Shown: one piece after another, positions 7,970 to 17,149 of the stretch | Layout: every line of letters begins with the position of its first letter | Position numbering within the stretch: position 1 is the first letter of the stretch | The notes under the pieces: model-generated | Seen by the model: the letters and a program-made list of their open reading frames with translations, nothing else | Databases searched by the model: none | What the model was told of the DNA's origin: nothing | Translations under genes and position numbers: made by a program | NCBI GenBank assembly: GCA_934525845.1 | Contig: CAKSZS010000002.1 | Span: 29,265 to 93,264, forward strand | Direction of reading: 5' to 3' | From: an uncultured Faecalibacterium sp. | GTDB lineage: Bacteria; Bacillota; Clostridia; Oscillospirales; Ruminococcaceae | DNA: 64,000 bases

Positions 7970-8034
7970 AGTGTGAAACCTCCTTTATTCTGGCCTGAAT
8001 TATAGCACGGCCTTTTCAGAAAGTCCAGCACGGT

Positions 8035-9243
8035 TTATTTTCTCGCCTGTGCGGCTGCGCTGGCTGCTTCGCTGCGGCCAAAGCCGGGCACGCTCTCCCG
8101 CAGCTGGTACTGCTGCAGCCCGGTCTGGTGCAGGAAGTCTTTCAGCTTCGCACGAGAGGCTGCCAGCTTGGCCGCTGCGGCCTTTTCTGCGTCCTTCTGG
8201 CCGCTTTCCTTGGCGACCAGAAAAGCCCGCTTGTCGGCCCGGATCTGGCGCTCCTGGGCACGCTGCATCTGGGTGGCCTTATACCGCCCGATGCCCTTGC
8301 CGTTGTAGGTCACAGTGGCAGCATTGATCGCAGCCAGCCGTTCGGGAGTGTAGCTGCGCACACTTGCGCCCTCCCAGTACATCGACCAGTTGTGGGCACA
8401 GTTGGCACCCATGAAGCCCCGCACGTCACCGTAGCCGATGTCGTCCAGTGAGAGGTACCCGTGCCGTCCGCTGCGGCTGACGATTTGGCCCTGCCACCAG
8501 CTGTGGTTGGTCAGATCCTGCCCGCCGTCGCCGGTGCGGGCACCGATGTGGGCGTCCAGCTCCATGAGGTCACAGCCCAGTTGGTCGGCGTTGTATCGGG
8601 TGATCTCTCCGGCGGTCTGGTTGATGCCGGTGCGGGTGGCCCGCAGGACTACCACGTCCAGGGTGTCCACATGGCCGCTGGGGTAGGTGATAGCCCCGAC
8701 GCCCTTTGCCGCCAGCTCCTTCAGCGCCCGGCGGGCTGCATCGTCGGAGCTGAACGCGCCGCTGGCGGCATCCATGTGGGCCATGTCCAGATAATATGCC
8801 AGCTGCCACTGGGTAGTCTCCACCATGTTCTGGTTGCCCATCACCGCCCGGGTCTGGGTCAGGTTGTACAGGGTGTTCATGGTGCGCCGGTAGCCGCTTT
8901 CCAACAGCTGCTGCGCTTCCTCGCTGTCGCCCAGCGGGGTCAGGGTACGCCCGGCGGCTGCTGCATCCCGCACATCCTTGGTGTATGCCTGCTGCATTGC
9001 CTGGGCAAACACAGCGGCTTCCTGGGGCCCCAGCTCCTGCGCGATGTGCTGCATCTGCCGCAGCAGATACGCCCGGCTCGCGCCCAGCGCCTGCGCCCGG
9101 AAGCTCTGCCACTCGGCTGTGGAGGTGATCTTGCCCGCCTTGACGATCCGGCGCACCATGTCCCGCAGGATGCGCTCGTTCAGCTCGTCCCACGGGGCCG
9201 CCATAAGCCCGGCGTAGCCGTTGACTTCCTCCGGGGTCAGCAT
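8035..9243 (-). CDS. phage minor head protein (Mu F / SPP1 gp7-like head morphogenesis)
   Basis: 402-aa ORF directly downstream of the portal gene. Its sequence character matches the Phage_Mu_F family. Confidence 0.6.
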   Translation of the reverse strand: MLTPEEVNGYAGLMAAPWDELNERILRDMVRRIVKAGKITSTAEWQSFRAQALGASRAYLLRQMQHIAQELGPQEAAVFAQAMQQAYTKDVRDAAAAGRTLTPLGDSEEAQQLLESGYRRTMNTLYNLTQTRAVMGNQNMVETTQWQLAYYLDMAHMDAASGAFSSDDAARRALKELAAKGVGAITYPSGHVDTLDVVVLRATRTGINQTAGEITRYNADQLGCDLMELDAHIGARTGDGGQDLTNHSWWQGQIVSRSGRHGYLSLDDIGYGDVRGFMGANCAHNWSMYWEGASVRSYTPERLAAINAATVTYNGKGIGRYKATQMQRAQERQIRADKRAFLVAKESGQKDAEKAAAAKLAASRAKLKDFLHQTGLQQYQLRESVPGFGRSEAASAAAQARK

Positions 9244-9431
9244 GGCGTTACCCGGTGGTAGCGGCCACCCTCCACCGTGACCTCAAAGCCCAGCATCCGG
9301 ACGATGCGCAGGGCCTCGTAGTATTTCTCCCACAGCGCAGGGCTGCGCAGGATGCGTGCATTCGCCATCAGCCAGTCCAGCCGTTCTGCGGTCTGCTTCA
9401 TCCGGGCAAACTTCTCTTTAGCCGTCGCCAT
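9237..9431 (-). CDS. hypothetical small phage protein (64 aa)
   Basis: Short ORF wedged between the portal and minor head genes with overlapping ends. Confidence 0.35.
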   Translation of the reverse strand: MATAKEKFARMKQTAERLDWLMANARILRSPALWEKYYEALRIVRMLGFEVTVEGGRYHRVTPC

Positions 9432-10941
9432 TGTCGATCACTCCTTTCAGGATGTCATTGGCCCCAGCCTCCTGCTGGATGGCCTGCACTGCCCGTGTAG
9501 CGGTCTCTTCGTCCTCGCCGAAGAAATGCATCCGATACTCGGTCTTGCTGCGCAGGCCCATGCTGACCTCCTGCTGCCACTGGGCCATTTCGGACAGGCG
9601 GTCCAGGATGATGCTGTCGTCCCACTTGAAGGAGACGTTCAGTTTGCCCTTCCCGGGGGCGTCCGAGATGTGGTCGGCCCAGTAGTCCAGGGCATCGATC
9701 AGGCCGCGCAGGGCGTCCTCCAGGGCTGCCTGAAGGTCGGAAACGGTGGAGTACAGCTTCTGCTTGCTGCTGACGATCTCGGTGGCGGTCTTCTCCACGT
9801 CCGCCACCTGGGACAGCACGCCGAAGCTCAGGCCCGCGTGGCTCTCTACGTTGCGCAGATACTGGTTCAGGCCGGACAGGTAGCTGCCATCCCGCAGGGC
9901 GGGGGAGAACACCTGGTAGAAGGGCGCTCCGTCCGTGATGCCGGTGTTGACGTTAATGCCATGGAACAGCCGCTCCCGGTGGTGCGGGGCCGTGCTGTCG
10001 ATGGCTTCCGGGGGCACACCGTATTCCTTGAGCGCCTGTGCCTTGGACAGCTGCTGCCCGGCGGCGCTGGGCTTGAGAAATTTCTCGTCGGTGTCCACCG
10101 CCAGCTCGCCGCCCTCGTATTCCCAGTCCAGACGAGTGTACTGTTCGTCGGCGTCGATGATCTGTTTGCGTGCGGGCTCGAACATGGCCGCGCCCAGCTC
10201 ACTGTCCGGCTCCACGCTGTTGACGATGGGCGTCACGAAGTAGCCGACCGGGAGCTTTTCCAGCCCGGTGAGGTAGGCCACGGGCTGGATCTCGTCCCAT
10301 TCGGGGCGGATGCTCAGATCCTCCGGGCTGCCCAGGCTGTCCTGGGTGGCGCTGCGGAAGGCCAGATTGACCACCTTGATGCAGGGGAACTGTGCGGGTG
10401 CTGCAAGGTCGTAATCCTCCAGCTGCGCCAGCTCAGCGTCCCTCAGGTCCTGTCTGCGCTCCAAAACGTGCATCCACTCCATGCGGTGGTAGTAGTTGTC
10501 GTCGTCCTGGATGGTGTCGATGAACACGCCCTCGGTCAGGCTGCCCTCCACGTCGTGTGCCACAGGGAAATACCGGGACGCGTTGCAGAAGGTAATGCCC
10601 AGCTTCTTGCCGCTCTGGTAGGGCTTCCAGATGCCGCTGCCCAGCGCCAGCGCCACCGTGAAGATGCGTCGTCTGCGGGGCGTGAGCACCCGCTGCAGCT
10701 GGGTGTTGATCCAGTCGGCGCGGTCGCTGCCCTCCACGGTCGCTTCCAGCTCCAGCGTGGTCAGCCGGGCCAGCTCGGCGCAGATCAGCGCGGGAAGGTC
10801 CAGCGTGAGGGTCTCGGGGTTCTTGTCCAGCGGCAGGCCGTCAATGGCGGCGTCGTACCATTCCTCGATGGCCCGCTGCATCCGGTCGGTGACCAGGGTC
10901 TTGCAGCCGATGATGTTCTCAATGTCGGCGTGGTTTATCAT
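9418..10941 (-). CDS. phage portal protein
   Basis: 507-aa ORF immediately downstream of the terminase large subunit with a 4-nt overlap. Size and position match SPP1-type portal proteins. Confidence 0.75.
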   Translation of the reverse strand: MINHADIENIIGCKTLVTDRMQRAIEEWYDAAIDGLPLDKNPETLTLDLPALICAELARLTTLELEATVEGSDRADWINTQLQRVLTPRRRRIFTVALALGSGIWKPYQSGKKLGITFCNASRYFPVAHDVEGSLTEGVFIDTIQDDDNYYHRMEWMHVLERRQDLRDAELAQLEDYDLAAPAQFPCIKVVNLAFRSATQDSLGSPEDLSIRPEWDEIQPVAYLTGLEKLPVGYFVTPIVNSVEPDSELGAAMFEPARKQIIDADEQYTRLDWEYEGGELAVDTDEKFLKPSAAGQQLSKAQALKEYGVPPEAIDSTAPHHRERLFHGINVNTGITDGAPFYQVFSPALRDGSYLSGLNQYLRNVESHAGLSFGVLSQVADVEKTATEIVSSKQKLYSTVSDLQAALEDALRGLIDALDYWADHISDAPGKGKLNVSFKWDDSIILDRLSEMAQWQQEVSMGLRSKTEYRMHFFGEDEETATRAVQAIQQEAGANDILKGVIDNGDG

Positions 10942-12227
10942 GCGTTCTGTACACCTCTCTTCTGCCAGATGTCCTCCAGGGCATACCGGGTCATGTCGAT
11001 GCTGTGGTTGGCGGCATCGACAAAGCCCGGCAGCACCTCGCCGGTCTTCTTGTCAATGGCGTATTCGTATTCGGAAAATTCCCGGGCCGTCCAGGGGCAG
11101 CGCTGGGGGTCGATGACGATCTTTGCACGGCTCTGCAGCCACTTCATGCCGTCGGTCACGCTGGTGCCGCCGTGGGCCGCATACTTCCGGCAGCCCCGCA
11201 GGCGGTTAAAGCCCAGATCGCGCAGTGTAGCGATGGAACGGTTGGCCGCGCTGTCGCCGATGATCTCTTCGTGCAGGTGCTTTTTCAGTGCTTCCGCCAG
11301 CTGGGCATCGGTCTCTTTCTGGGCACGGTGCTCCTCGTAGATGTAGATGGTCTGCCGGGCGTGGTCGTAACTCATGCCGCCGAAGTGGTTCGGGTCAGGA
11401 TACCAGCCGAAGTCCAGGCCGTAATAGCGGCGGTCGAACCCTGCGATCTCCTCGCTGGTGATGGGCCGCAGTTCCAGATTCTCAAAGACGGCGGTGCCGC
11501 AGCCCACCACCTCGCCCAGATACTCGTGGGCATAAGCCACCGGGTCCCGCTGCCTGAGGGTCTCGGCGTCGTCGAAGAAGCGGGGACCCAGCCACTCGGG
11601 CGGGGTGGTCAGGTAGGTGGTGTGGTGCCGGAACTGCTTCGGCTTTGGCTCCCGCTTGTACCGGTTGACCCAATGCCGCGCCATAGCGGGGGAGTTAAAA
11701 GTCTTGAAGGAGAAGCTGAACGGGCCGCCGCGGAACACCGACTGCTCCACGTTTCGCACTTCCTCCGGGCCGTCGTACTGGTCGAACTCTTCAAAGTGCA
11801 TCACGCCGAAATAGCCAAACGGTACCGCAATGGATTTCAGCTTGCCGGGGTCGTCCAGACCGTAGAACTGGATGGTCTGCCCGGTGGGGATATAGGTCAG
11901 GGTATAGGGCTTCTTGGTCTGCTTCCACAGATGCCGGATGCCCATGCGGTCGATCACGCGGTTGTACTCCGGCCAGACGCTGGTGGCCAGGGTGTTGCCC
12001 ACCTTGCGTAGGACGACCGCGTGGATGTTCGGCACCCGCATCACCAGCAGCACTACCTCGGTGGCGGCAAAGGTGGACTTGAGAGAGCCGCGTCCGCCGT
12101 CGCCCAGATATTCGTTGTACTCGCCCGACCAGATGGCGGTGTGGGCAGCGTAGTATTCAGGGATGATCAGGCTGCTTAGTTTCAGCTGTTGTTTCAGCAG
12201 GTTTGGAGGCTGCCGTCTTTGGTATGT
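10938..12227 (-). CDS. phage terminase large subunit
   Basis: Walker A GDGGRGSLKST near the N-terminus and a C-terminal nuclease region. The start is probably ATG at 12227 (AAGGTGG RBS). Confidence 0.8.
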   Translation of the reverse strand, partial: TYQRRQPPNLLKQQLKLSSLIIPEYYAAHTAIWSGEYNEYLGDGGRGSLKSTFAATEVVLLVMRVPNIHAVVLRKVGNTLATSVWPEYNRVIDRMGIRHLWKQTKKPYTLTYIPTGQTIQFYGLDDPGKLKSIAVPFGYFGVMHFEEFDQYDGPEEVRNVEQSVFRGGPFSFSFKTFNSPAMARHWVNRYKREPKPKQFRHHTTYLTTPPEWLGPRFFDDAETLRQRDPVAYAHEYLGEVVGCGTAVFENLELRPITSEEIAGFDRRYYGLDFGWYPDPNHFGGMSYDHARQTIYIYEEHRAQKETDAQLAEALKKHLHEEIIGDSAANRSIATLRDLGFNRLRGCRKYAAHGGTSVTDGMKWLQSRAKIVIDPQRCPWTAREFSEYEYAIDKKTGEVLPGFVDAANHSIDMTRYALEDIWQKRGVQNA

Positions 12228-12567
12228 CATCCACAAACACCACCTTTCCATCGTAACCTCTCAGCTCCGGGTGCTCGCTCCAATGCTCCGGGTCGCGGTT
12301 TTTCAAAAAGAAGCACATCGCGCCCAGGTCGCCGCTCTGCGCCTTTTTGAACAGCGCGTTCTCCACGCTGGCCAGCGCTGCCTCCGCGCCTACGCTGATG
12401 GCCTGCTTGATGCGCGGGTCCTGCGTGCACCAGCGCCGGAAGGTGCGCACCGGCACGCCGATCTGTTCGCAGATCTCCGCCTGTGTCAGACCATGCATCG
12501 CCAGCCGCTGCAATCGCAGCAGACCGCTGGGGCTGTTCCATTTGCTGATTTGGGATTCTCGTGCCAA
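12157..12567 (-). CDS. phage terminase small subunit (HTH)
   Basis: 136-aa ORF with an HTH (LTQAEICEQIGVPVRTFRRW) directly upstream of TerL. Confidence 0.55.
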   Translation of the reverse strand: MARESQISKWNSPSGLLRLQRLAMHGLTQAEICEQIGVPVRTFRRWCTQDPRIKQAISVGAEAALASVENALFKKAQSGDLGAMCFFLKNRDPEHWSEHPELRGYDGKVVFVDDIPKTAASKPAETTAETKQPDHP

Positions 12568-12714
12568 GGTTTCACCTCCGTATACGGGAAAACGGCACGC
12601 ACCGGCTCTGCTTCCAGAGCCCTGCGGGCGGAGGTTGACCCGTGTGCGTGCCGTTTTGGCTAAGATAAAACCGGGGCGGGAAAGGAGTAAAAACCCACCC
12701 CGGCGGGGGAATGG

Positions 12715-13980
12715 TTATTTCAGTCGGACGGCCTTTTCACCGGTGAAGTCCTCCCAGCGCTGGACGATCACGTCCACGTAGCGCGGGTCGTACTCCATGG
12801 TGTAGCACTTCCGGCTCAGCTGCTCGCAGGCGATCAGCGTAGAGCCGCTGCCGCCGAACAGGTCCAGCACGGTCTGACCGGGCAGGGAGCTGTTCTTGAT
12901 CAGCCTGCCGCACAGCACCACCGGCTTCATGGTGGGATGCTCGGCGTTGCGGGGCGGCTTGTCGCAGCGGATCACGCTGCTGGGCTTTTCGGTCAGCAGG
13001 GCCTGCGCCTTGATCGCCCAGTCCAGCAGCTCGTCCTTCTTCATGTGCCGCAGGTCGTCCGGCTTTGCGTCGTCGATCACGGTGGTCTGGCTGCGGTCGT
13101 TGATGAAGTAGTGGTTCGCGCCGGGTTTCCAGCCGTACAGGCAGGGCTCGTGCTGCCACTGGTAGTCGCTGTGGCCGAGGACAAGGCTGTTCTTGACCCA
13201 GACCAGGCACCCGTGCAGGCCCCAGCCGGCTTCCCGGAACATGGCCCGGAACGCTTCACCCTCCGTGTCGGCGTGGAAGATATACGCGCTGGCACCAGTA
13301 CGGCAGGCGTCAAAGGCCCGGCTGTATGCCTGAAGCAGGAACTGCCGGAACTGGCTTTCGGCCATGTTGTCGTTCTCGATCTTCTTGCCGTTGCTGCCCT
13401 CGTAGTTGACGTTGTAGGGCGGGTCGGTGAGCAGCAGATCAGCCAGCTGGCCGTTCATGAGCTGCTCCACGTCCTGCGGGCTGGTGCTGTCACCACACAT
13501 GACCCGGTGGTCGCCCAGCAGCCAGATGTCGCCGCGCTGGGTGATGGGCTGCTCCGGCGGTTCTGCGTTGAAGTCGTCCTCTTTGACCTCCTCGTCAATC
13601 TTGATCTGGAGGTTCAGTCCAAAGTCGGTCATGTCGTATTCGATGCCGGTCAGCTCCTGCACCAGAAGCTGCAGGTCCCACTGGGCCACTTCGCCGGTGC
13701 TGTTGTCCGCGATGCGCAGGGCTTTGACCTTCTCGGGGTCCAGCTCTGCCGCTACGATCACCGGCACCTCCTGCAGCTTCAGCCGCCGGGCGGCCTTGTA
13801 CCGGGTGTGCCCGGCGATGATCACGCCGTCCCGGTCCACGATGATGGGGGACTGGAAGCCGAACTCTTTGATGCTGTTGGCCACGGCCTTTGCGGCCTCG
13901 TCGTTGCGCCGGGGATTGTTGTCGTAGGGGCGGATTTCGTCCAGCCGTTTGTACTCGATTTGGTGTTTCGTTCCGTCCAT
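12715..13980 (-). CDS. ParB-like nuclease domain fused to DNA methyltransferase (DPPY motif; N6A/N4C class)
   Basis: The N-terminus has ParB-like motifs (IIVDRDGVIIAGHTRYKAA). The C-terminus has DPPY and an FGGSGST AdoMet motif. Confidence 0.75.
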   Translation of the reverse strand: MDGTKHQIEYKRLDEIRPYDNNPRRNDEAAKAVANSIKEFGFQSPIIVDRDGVIIAGHTRYKAARRLKLQEVPVIVAAELDPEKVKALRIADNSTGEVAQWDLQLLVQELTGIEYDMTDFGLNLQIKIDEEVKEDDFNAEPPEQPITQRGDIWLLGDHRVMCGDSTSPQDVEQLMNGQLADLLLTDPPYNVNYEGSNGKKIENDNMAESQFRQFLLQAYSRAFDACRTGASAYIFHADTEGEAFRAMFREAGWGLHGCLVWVKNSLVLGHSDYQWQHEPCLYGWKPGANHYFINDRSQTTVIDDAKPDDLRHMKKDELLDWAIKAQALLTEKPSSVIRCDKPPRNAEHPTMKPVVLCGRLIKNSSLPGQTVLDLFGGSGSTLIACEQLSRKCYTMEYDPRYVDVIVQRWEDFTGEKAVRLK

Positions 13981-14039
13981 GCGTACCTCCCGGGCAATAA
14001 AATAGGCTCTCTGGCAATTGTACCAGAGAGCCGGGGATA

Positions 14040-14055
14040 AAAACGTTATGACTTA
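14040..14055 (-). promoter_or_regulatory. conserved late-operon motif, copy 2 (AAGTCATAACGTTTTT)
   Basis: Lies 60 bp upstream of the ParB-MTase start and is followed by TGGTACAAT inside a hairpin. Confidence 0.4.
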
Positions 14056-14316
14056 CTTTTTGGCCTTTGCCTTGGTGGTCTTGGGCTTGGCTTTGGATGC
14101 CTTGTCCAGCTTGGCATAGGGGTCCTTCCAGCCCTTGGGAAGGTCACGCTTGTCGATGTAGCCGATGTGGGCATCCCACTCCATGGCTGCCACGGAGCGG
14201 CAGTCCCGAAGCTCGCCGGGGGTCTTGGCTTTCTTGCGAAGCTCGGCTTCGCGGCGGTCGATCATCGCCAGAGCAGCATCCGAAGAACGGCGCTTCTGCA
14301 TATCTTTTTCACTCAT
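14053..14316 (-). CDS. small Lys-rich-tail protein (87 aa), paralogous tail to 15197-15448
   Basis: C-terminus KLDKASKAKPKTTKAKAKK. It follows Gly-rich paralog 2. Confidence 0.45.
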   Translation of the reverse strand: MSEKDMQKRRSSDAALAMIDRREAELRKKAKTPGELRDCRSVAAMEWDAHIGYIDKRDLPKGWKDPYAKLDKASKAKPKTTKAKAKK

Positions 14317-14328
14317 GTGTAAACTCCT

Positions 14329-15126
14329 TTACCAGTTGACTCCCCCATGCATAACCTGCTGCTTACCCTTGATCGTTTTGCAGATCGTCAGGGCTTTGCG
14401 GCTGTACGCGACCTTGTATTGCCCAGCGTCGTATACATTGTACCCGGAGCTGGTCAGCCAGATGGTTTTTAACTCACTAGCGCCCCATTGGGTGCCGGTG
14501 TGGTTGCTGATAAGGTATTTGTAGGTTTTCGGGTGTTTTGTCTGGAAGTTGGCCTGCGCCTGGAACAGCTCCGAAAAGGTTGCAATCTTTGCGTTCTTGT
14601 TCAGGAACATCTTGACCTGAGAACCATTGTGGCCCGCGTAATTTCGGGCGTTGCTTACCGCGTTGGTGTCAAGGTAGGTTCCGCTTCCGTGGGTGCCAAA
14701 AGAGGCAAACGCTGTGCGGCCCGTTTGCAGCTGGTTCAACGTTTTTACAGCGGTTGCGGCGTTGCCATCGTAGGGGATGTCGCTGTGGTACAGCTTATCC
14801 GCACTTGCCTTGCGGCGGGCCTTGCCGAAAGCCACATCGTCCAGCACTTCCGGCATCTCATTCGCCAGTCCGGTTGCGTTGAGCCAGCGCTGGCAGAAGG
14901 TATCGTTTTGGGTGTGATCGGTGGCGATGGGTTGCGCTGCAATCGCCTTGACCGTATCCAGCGCGTCCTGATCGCTCATCTGCATCAGCGCTGCGGGATT
15001 GCCCTTGATCTGGGCCAGCAGCTGCTGCTCACGGGTCTGGGGTGCGGCCTGTGCTGCTGCTTTCGCTGCACCGCCGCCTCCGCCCATGCCGTGGCTGCCG
15101 CCCATACTTCCGCCTCTGCCGCCCAT
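14329..15126 (-). CDS. Gly-rich-N-terminus protein, paralog 2 (265 aa), distant homolog of 15477-16306
   Basis: N-terminus MGGRGGSMGGSHGMGGGGGAAKAAAQAAP is near-identical in pattern to paralog 1. It also shares the LY(R/H)xD and TG.(E/R)TA(Y/F) segments. Confidence 0.5.
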   Translation of the reverse strand: MGGRGGSMGGSHGMGGGGGAAKAAAQAAPQTREQQLLAQIKGNPAALMQMSDQDALDTVKAIAAQPIATDHTQNDTFCQRWLNATGLANEMPEVLDDVAFGKARRKASADKLYHSDIPYDGNAATAVKTLNQLQTGRTAFASFGTHGSGTYLDTNAVSNARNYAGHNGSQVKMFLNKNAKIATFSELFQAQANFQTKHPKTYKYLISNHTGTQWGASELKTIWLTSSGYNVYDAGQYKVAYSRKALTICKTIKGKQQVMHGGVNW

Positions 15127-15185
15127 GTGAATCCTCCCTTGGCCGTGAATTTCTCGGTCAAGGGTAACACAGATCGGCAGGGCAA

Positions 15186-15200
15186 AACGTTACGAGTTAC
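15186..15200 (-). promoter_or_regulatory. conserved late-operon motif, copy 3 (AACTCGTAACGTTTTG)
   Basis: Lies 60 bp upstream of the 15126 start. TTGACC sits inside a downstream hairpin. Confidence 0.4.
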
Positions 15201-15448
15201 TTTTTCTTGGGTTTTGCCTTGGCGGCTTTCTTCTTGGCTGCGGGCTTCTTCGCATACTTGCGGTACTCCGGAGCCAGCCGGGAAATGGGGCCGATCCAGT
15301 TGCCTTTGCTGTCGGTCAGCACGGTGCCGTCAGCATCGGTCATGTTCGCGCCGAAGTGAATCGGACCCTCCGAAACAGGCGGGGTGTCGCGCTGAATCCA
15401 GCCGCCGATGATGGTGTCGTCTGCTGCGGAATTTTTCGACTTAGTCAT
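15197..15448 (-). CDS. small Lys-rich-tail protein (83 aa)
   Basis: The start was refined to ATG at 15448. C-terminus PEYRKYAKKPAAKKKAAKAKPKKK. Confidence 0.45.
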   Translation of the reverse strand: MTKSKNSAADDTIIGGWIQRDTPPVSEGPIHFGANMTDADGTVLTDSKGNWIGPISRLAPEYRKYAKKPAAKKKAAKAKPKKK

Positions 15449-15476
15449 AGTAAAAAATACCTCCAGATTGATTTTA

Positions 15477-16306
15477 CCACACTTCAATTTCCAGCTCAAG
15501 AACCTTCTTGCCGCTGAGATAGGTGCGGGATGGGCCGAGCCGGGTGCTGCGCACGCCGGTGATCTTGTGATGGGTGCCTACCGCCAGAACCGCTTCGGAC
15601 TGGCTGGGCTGGATGAACGCCGCGCGGGTGCTCTTGGCGGTGTGGTACCGGATCAGGATTTCACGGTTGCCGGAGCGGATGCCGCCCTGTCCATGTGTGC
15701 CGGTGCCCCTGCCGCCGGTCTGCGGCCAGAACGGATTGTTCCGGCTGTCATAGGCAGTGGATTCGAGGCCGGTGTTCTGCCACGTCTTACCAACCAGCAG
15801 CTTGCGTAGCTGGTTATCGCTCATGTTGTTGTAGTTTGCAGGCAGGTTGCAGTGGCGCTCCAGGAAGTCCGAATGGTCGGCACGGTAGAGGGTCGTCTCC
15901 TGCCCGATAGGCTTTGCCAGCTTGTCCACCGCGTTGAGCATCCGCTGCTGCTGCGCGTTCAGGGGCTGACCGGTAGCGGCTGCCCAGTTGGCGTTCTGGC
16001 TCAGAGCTTTGCCGTTGCTCTGCATCACGGGGTTGATGTAGTCGGTCACGCCTGCTGCCAGCTTGGGGTCTCGCGTCATCTGCTGCTGCGCGGCGTTCTC
16101 CATTGCGGAGACCTGCTGTGGTGTCAGATGCGGGAAGCCGTTTGCGCCGGTGGGAGGGCCTGCCTGCTGCACTGCCGGTGCCGCCTGAACTGCGGGCACT
16201 GCCGGTGCCGCCTGAACTGCGGGCATTGCCTGTGCGGCTGCTGCGGGCGTTCCTGCGCCGCCTCCCATGCCCTGGGAACCTTTCATGCTGCTGCCTCTGC
16301 CACCCA
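15477..16306 (-). CDS. Gly-rich-N-terminus protein, paralog 1 (277 aa); possible R-S-E type ADP-ribosyltransferase-like
   Basis: Start ATG at 16306 overlaps the upstream stop as GTGATG. N-terminus MGGRGSSMKGSQGMGGGAGT. The segments LYRAD...STAYDS...LELEIEV resemble the Arg / STS / ExE elements of ADP-ribosyltransferases. Confidence 0.45.
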
Positions 16307-16981
16307 TCACTGCGCCTCCTCTCCGGGCCTTACGCGGGCCGCCATGTTGTGCGGGAACGCCTGCCACGGGATGCTGTGCTCCCGCAGCAGCGCTGCCATT
16401 GCAGGCGGCGTCTTGCCGTAGACCAGAATCTCGGAGGGCTCGGTCTGCCGGATCATCTCTTTCAGTCCGTCCAGCAGCCCTTCGGATGCGTCCTTGTGGA
16501 CAAGACAGCCCACCGTGCTCACGGCCACTGCGCCGCCCTTGCTGATGCCGTCGAAGCACCAGCTGAAACTCTCTTCGCCCGACCAGCTCGCTGCCGGAAT
16601 GGCGCACACGCCGTTGTGCTGCAGCCATGCGGTGAGCAGCTGGTTGCGGTAGTGGTTCCAGTGCTGAATCGGGGCAGGGAAGTCGGTGTACAGCGAGAAG
16701 TCCGGGCCGATGACCAGCGGGCACTTTGCCAGCGCATCGAGGTACCGCTCCGGCTGCCGCCAGAAGCGCTCGAACTGGTAGTCGTCGAGGAAGAAGTGCA
16801 CGCCTGCGCTCTCCGGGTGCTTGCAGGTCAGCAGCTCATTGAAACCGATCAAATGATCGACCCCAAAGGGCAGCGGCAGGGCCTTGGTGACGGGGTTGCC
16901 CGCCGGGGTCAGCTCGAGGCCGTCCAGCAGAAACCAGTTGACCAGCTGGCCCGTCCTCATCCGCTCGTTAGAAAAACCCAT
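16307..16981 (-). CDS. phage protein, DUF4417-like
   Basis: 224-aa ORF recognised by overall resemblance only (FFLDDYQFERFWRQPERY). Confidence 0.4.
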   Translation of the reverse strand: MGFSNERMRTGQLVNWFLLDGLELTPAGNPVTKALPLPFGVDHLIGFNELLTCKHPESAGVHFFLDDYQFERFWRQPERYLDALAKCPLVIGPDFSLYTDFPAPIQHWNHYRNQLLTAWLQHNGVCAIPAASWSGEESFSWCFDGISKGGAVAVSTVGCLVHKDASEGLLDGLKEMIRQTEPSEILVYGKTPPAMAALLREHSIPWQAFPHNMAARVRPGEEAQ

Positions 16982-17031
16982 GCTTCGCCCTCCTGTGTGT
17001 TATCCAGAAGAGCATAGCATGGGTTCGAACG

Positions 17032-17046
17032 CAAAAACGTTACGAC
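17032..17046 (-). promoter_or_regulatory. conserved late-operon motif, copy 4 (AAGTCGTAACGTTTTT)
   Basis: Lies 50 bp upstream of the DUF4417 gene start and is followed by TGCTATGCT. Confidence 0.4.
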
Positions 17047-17149
17047 TTGCACGCACTGGCGGCTGCGGGGCTCTGTGACGGGTTTTGTGAGCTGGACGGG
17101 AAACTTTGCCGTCCACGCTGCTTCGTCCCTCACAGCGGCGCTCTGCGGC

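Noticed and set aside
7109-8005. Long plus-strand ORF overlapping the lipoprotein gene
   Set aside because: It lies antisense to a gene with a textbook signal peptide. High-GC genomes generate long spurious antisense ORFs. The same reasoning was applied to 2018-4234, 9352-11340, 11004-12011, 12937-14040, 14488-15411, 17344-18738, 19367-21034, 23303-25063, 29127-30230, 31771-32859, 33306-34112, 34288-37617, 39995-40930, 45387-47645, 47926-49134, 50403-51734, 55277-57268, 57421-58683, 58956-60692 and 61451-63139.
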